DNA of 64,000 bases from Octopus vulgaris (Eukaryota), in contig OX597817.1 of assembly GCA_951406725.2 (NCBI GenBank), positions 89,652,001-89,716,000 on the forward strand, in the 5' to 3' direction. This document shows, piece after piece, positions 62,898 to 64,000 of this stretch (the first letter of the stretch is position 1; every line of letters starts with the position of its first letter). The notes under the pieces were generated by a model. The model had not been told where the DNA came from. It saw nothing but the letters and a program-made list of their open reading frames with translations, and made no database searches. The translations under genes and the position numbers were made by a program.

Positions 62898-63732
62898 CGG
62901 CAAGTAAACTTCCTTAATGACAATGTGACTTTCATGTAATTAATGTATCTTCAGTCTGATGAATATTTAGCTGCGTATCCTCCGTTGAGTAATTATTGGA
63001 TCTTTTCTGTTTGGTTGCCAATTTTCAGTCTCTTCGATTCCTGCTCGAATTGATTTCATATTCTCTATAATGATGTGGTTTTATATGTTAATCACTTCTT
63101 TGAAATTCATTTTCGCAATAAATCAATAAATAAAGTGTTATCAACTTTTAAAGTGTGCAAATTTTGGGTAATTTTAGCCAATAGTAAGCCAGAGATACAT
63201 CCTTGCCTGTTTCCATAGTAACAAGCCAAGAACGAAAACTCATTTGTCTGCGATAAAGCATGTGTTAACAAGTATTCCCACTCATTCAGGTGGTCGTTAA
63301 ATGTGCTAAAAATAACAGTCAAATAGGCCTTAGATCACGCACCCAAAAGTTTTATGTTTTAGGTTTGGATAATCACATAAATTCCCGTCTGTAGAATACA
63401 AATTCGCAAAAGTTTTCTGAAAATTCCAAAAAATAAATATTTTATCAGGAGTTACATAGCATGCATAAAGCAGAATTTGATTTCTTTAAAGCTGACATGT
63501 GCTGTCATGCACAAAATAACAGCTTCCAAATCTTGTTTTCTGACTGGGTAAAAAAGTTTAAACTTCTATAACTTTTTTACGAAAATTTTCTGGAAAAAGT
63601 GAAATATCTCCTAAAATTCAGCTTGAAAAACTACATTAATGTATCAAATTTGAAAATTTTCAATAAACTGAATTTGGCAGCCAAATATATATATATATAT
63701 ATATATGCGTGTGTGTTGTGAGTGTATACATA

Positions 63733-63938
63733 CAGTAATTCCTCGACTATCACGGTTGTTACGTTCTAAATTCCACCGCGATATGTGAAAATCTGTGAAG
63801 TAGAAACAGTACTGTACTGTATATTTTAAAAAAATATATTTATTCTATCATAAATGCAAAACAACACCACGGAGGAATCAACGTAAGCTTAAATAATAAA
63901 CCGCGATAGATGACCTGCGATAAGGCGAGGGATTACTA
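63733..63938. mobile_element. Tigger/pogo-like MITE
   Basis: TA-CAGTAATTCCTCG ... CGAGGGATTACTA-TA termini. Confidence 0.75.
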
Positions 63939-64000
63939 TATACATACATACATACATACATTCATACATACATACATACATACATACATACATACATACA

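Noticed and set aside
62955-63055. CTGATGA followed later by GAA; also CTGAGGGCCCGAAA near 28685
   Set aside because: Stems I, II and III could not be paired consistently.

Overview
Eukaryotic, AT-rich, microsatellite-dense DNA with no complete host gene. The repeat landscape resembles an octopus (coleoid cephalopod) intron or intergenic region; this is inferred from the SINE types, not proven. Almost all ORF-track entries are microsatellite artefacts. Supportable coding remnants are all from transposons: a young 5'-truncated R4/Dong-type LINE with an uninterrupted RT-CCHC-REL frame (34451-36163, -), Penelope-like GIY-YIG elements (49443-51036, 59168-60301, 60700-61420), an RTE 3' end, a decayed CR1/Jockey-group RT, a Tx1/L1-like element inside a SINE head, and mariner and hAT fragments. 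There are many tRNA-derived SINEs of three types and several MITEs. The main observation is a hammerhead-ribozyme motif with a non-canonical, pseudoknotted strand order. It occurs in five near-complete copies plus one fragment, from two sequence-unrelated non-coding repeat families (13060-13178, 13736-13857, 54562-54697, 55483-55617, 56702-56843). The core nucleotides are kept (one copy has G12U) and the helices covary, but stem I is joined to stem II by a 3-4 nt linker and two extra helices sit between CUGANGA and stem II. Conventional minimal type-I hammerheads are also present, including a CUGUYGA core variant. All RNA structures were paired by eye and are untested.
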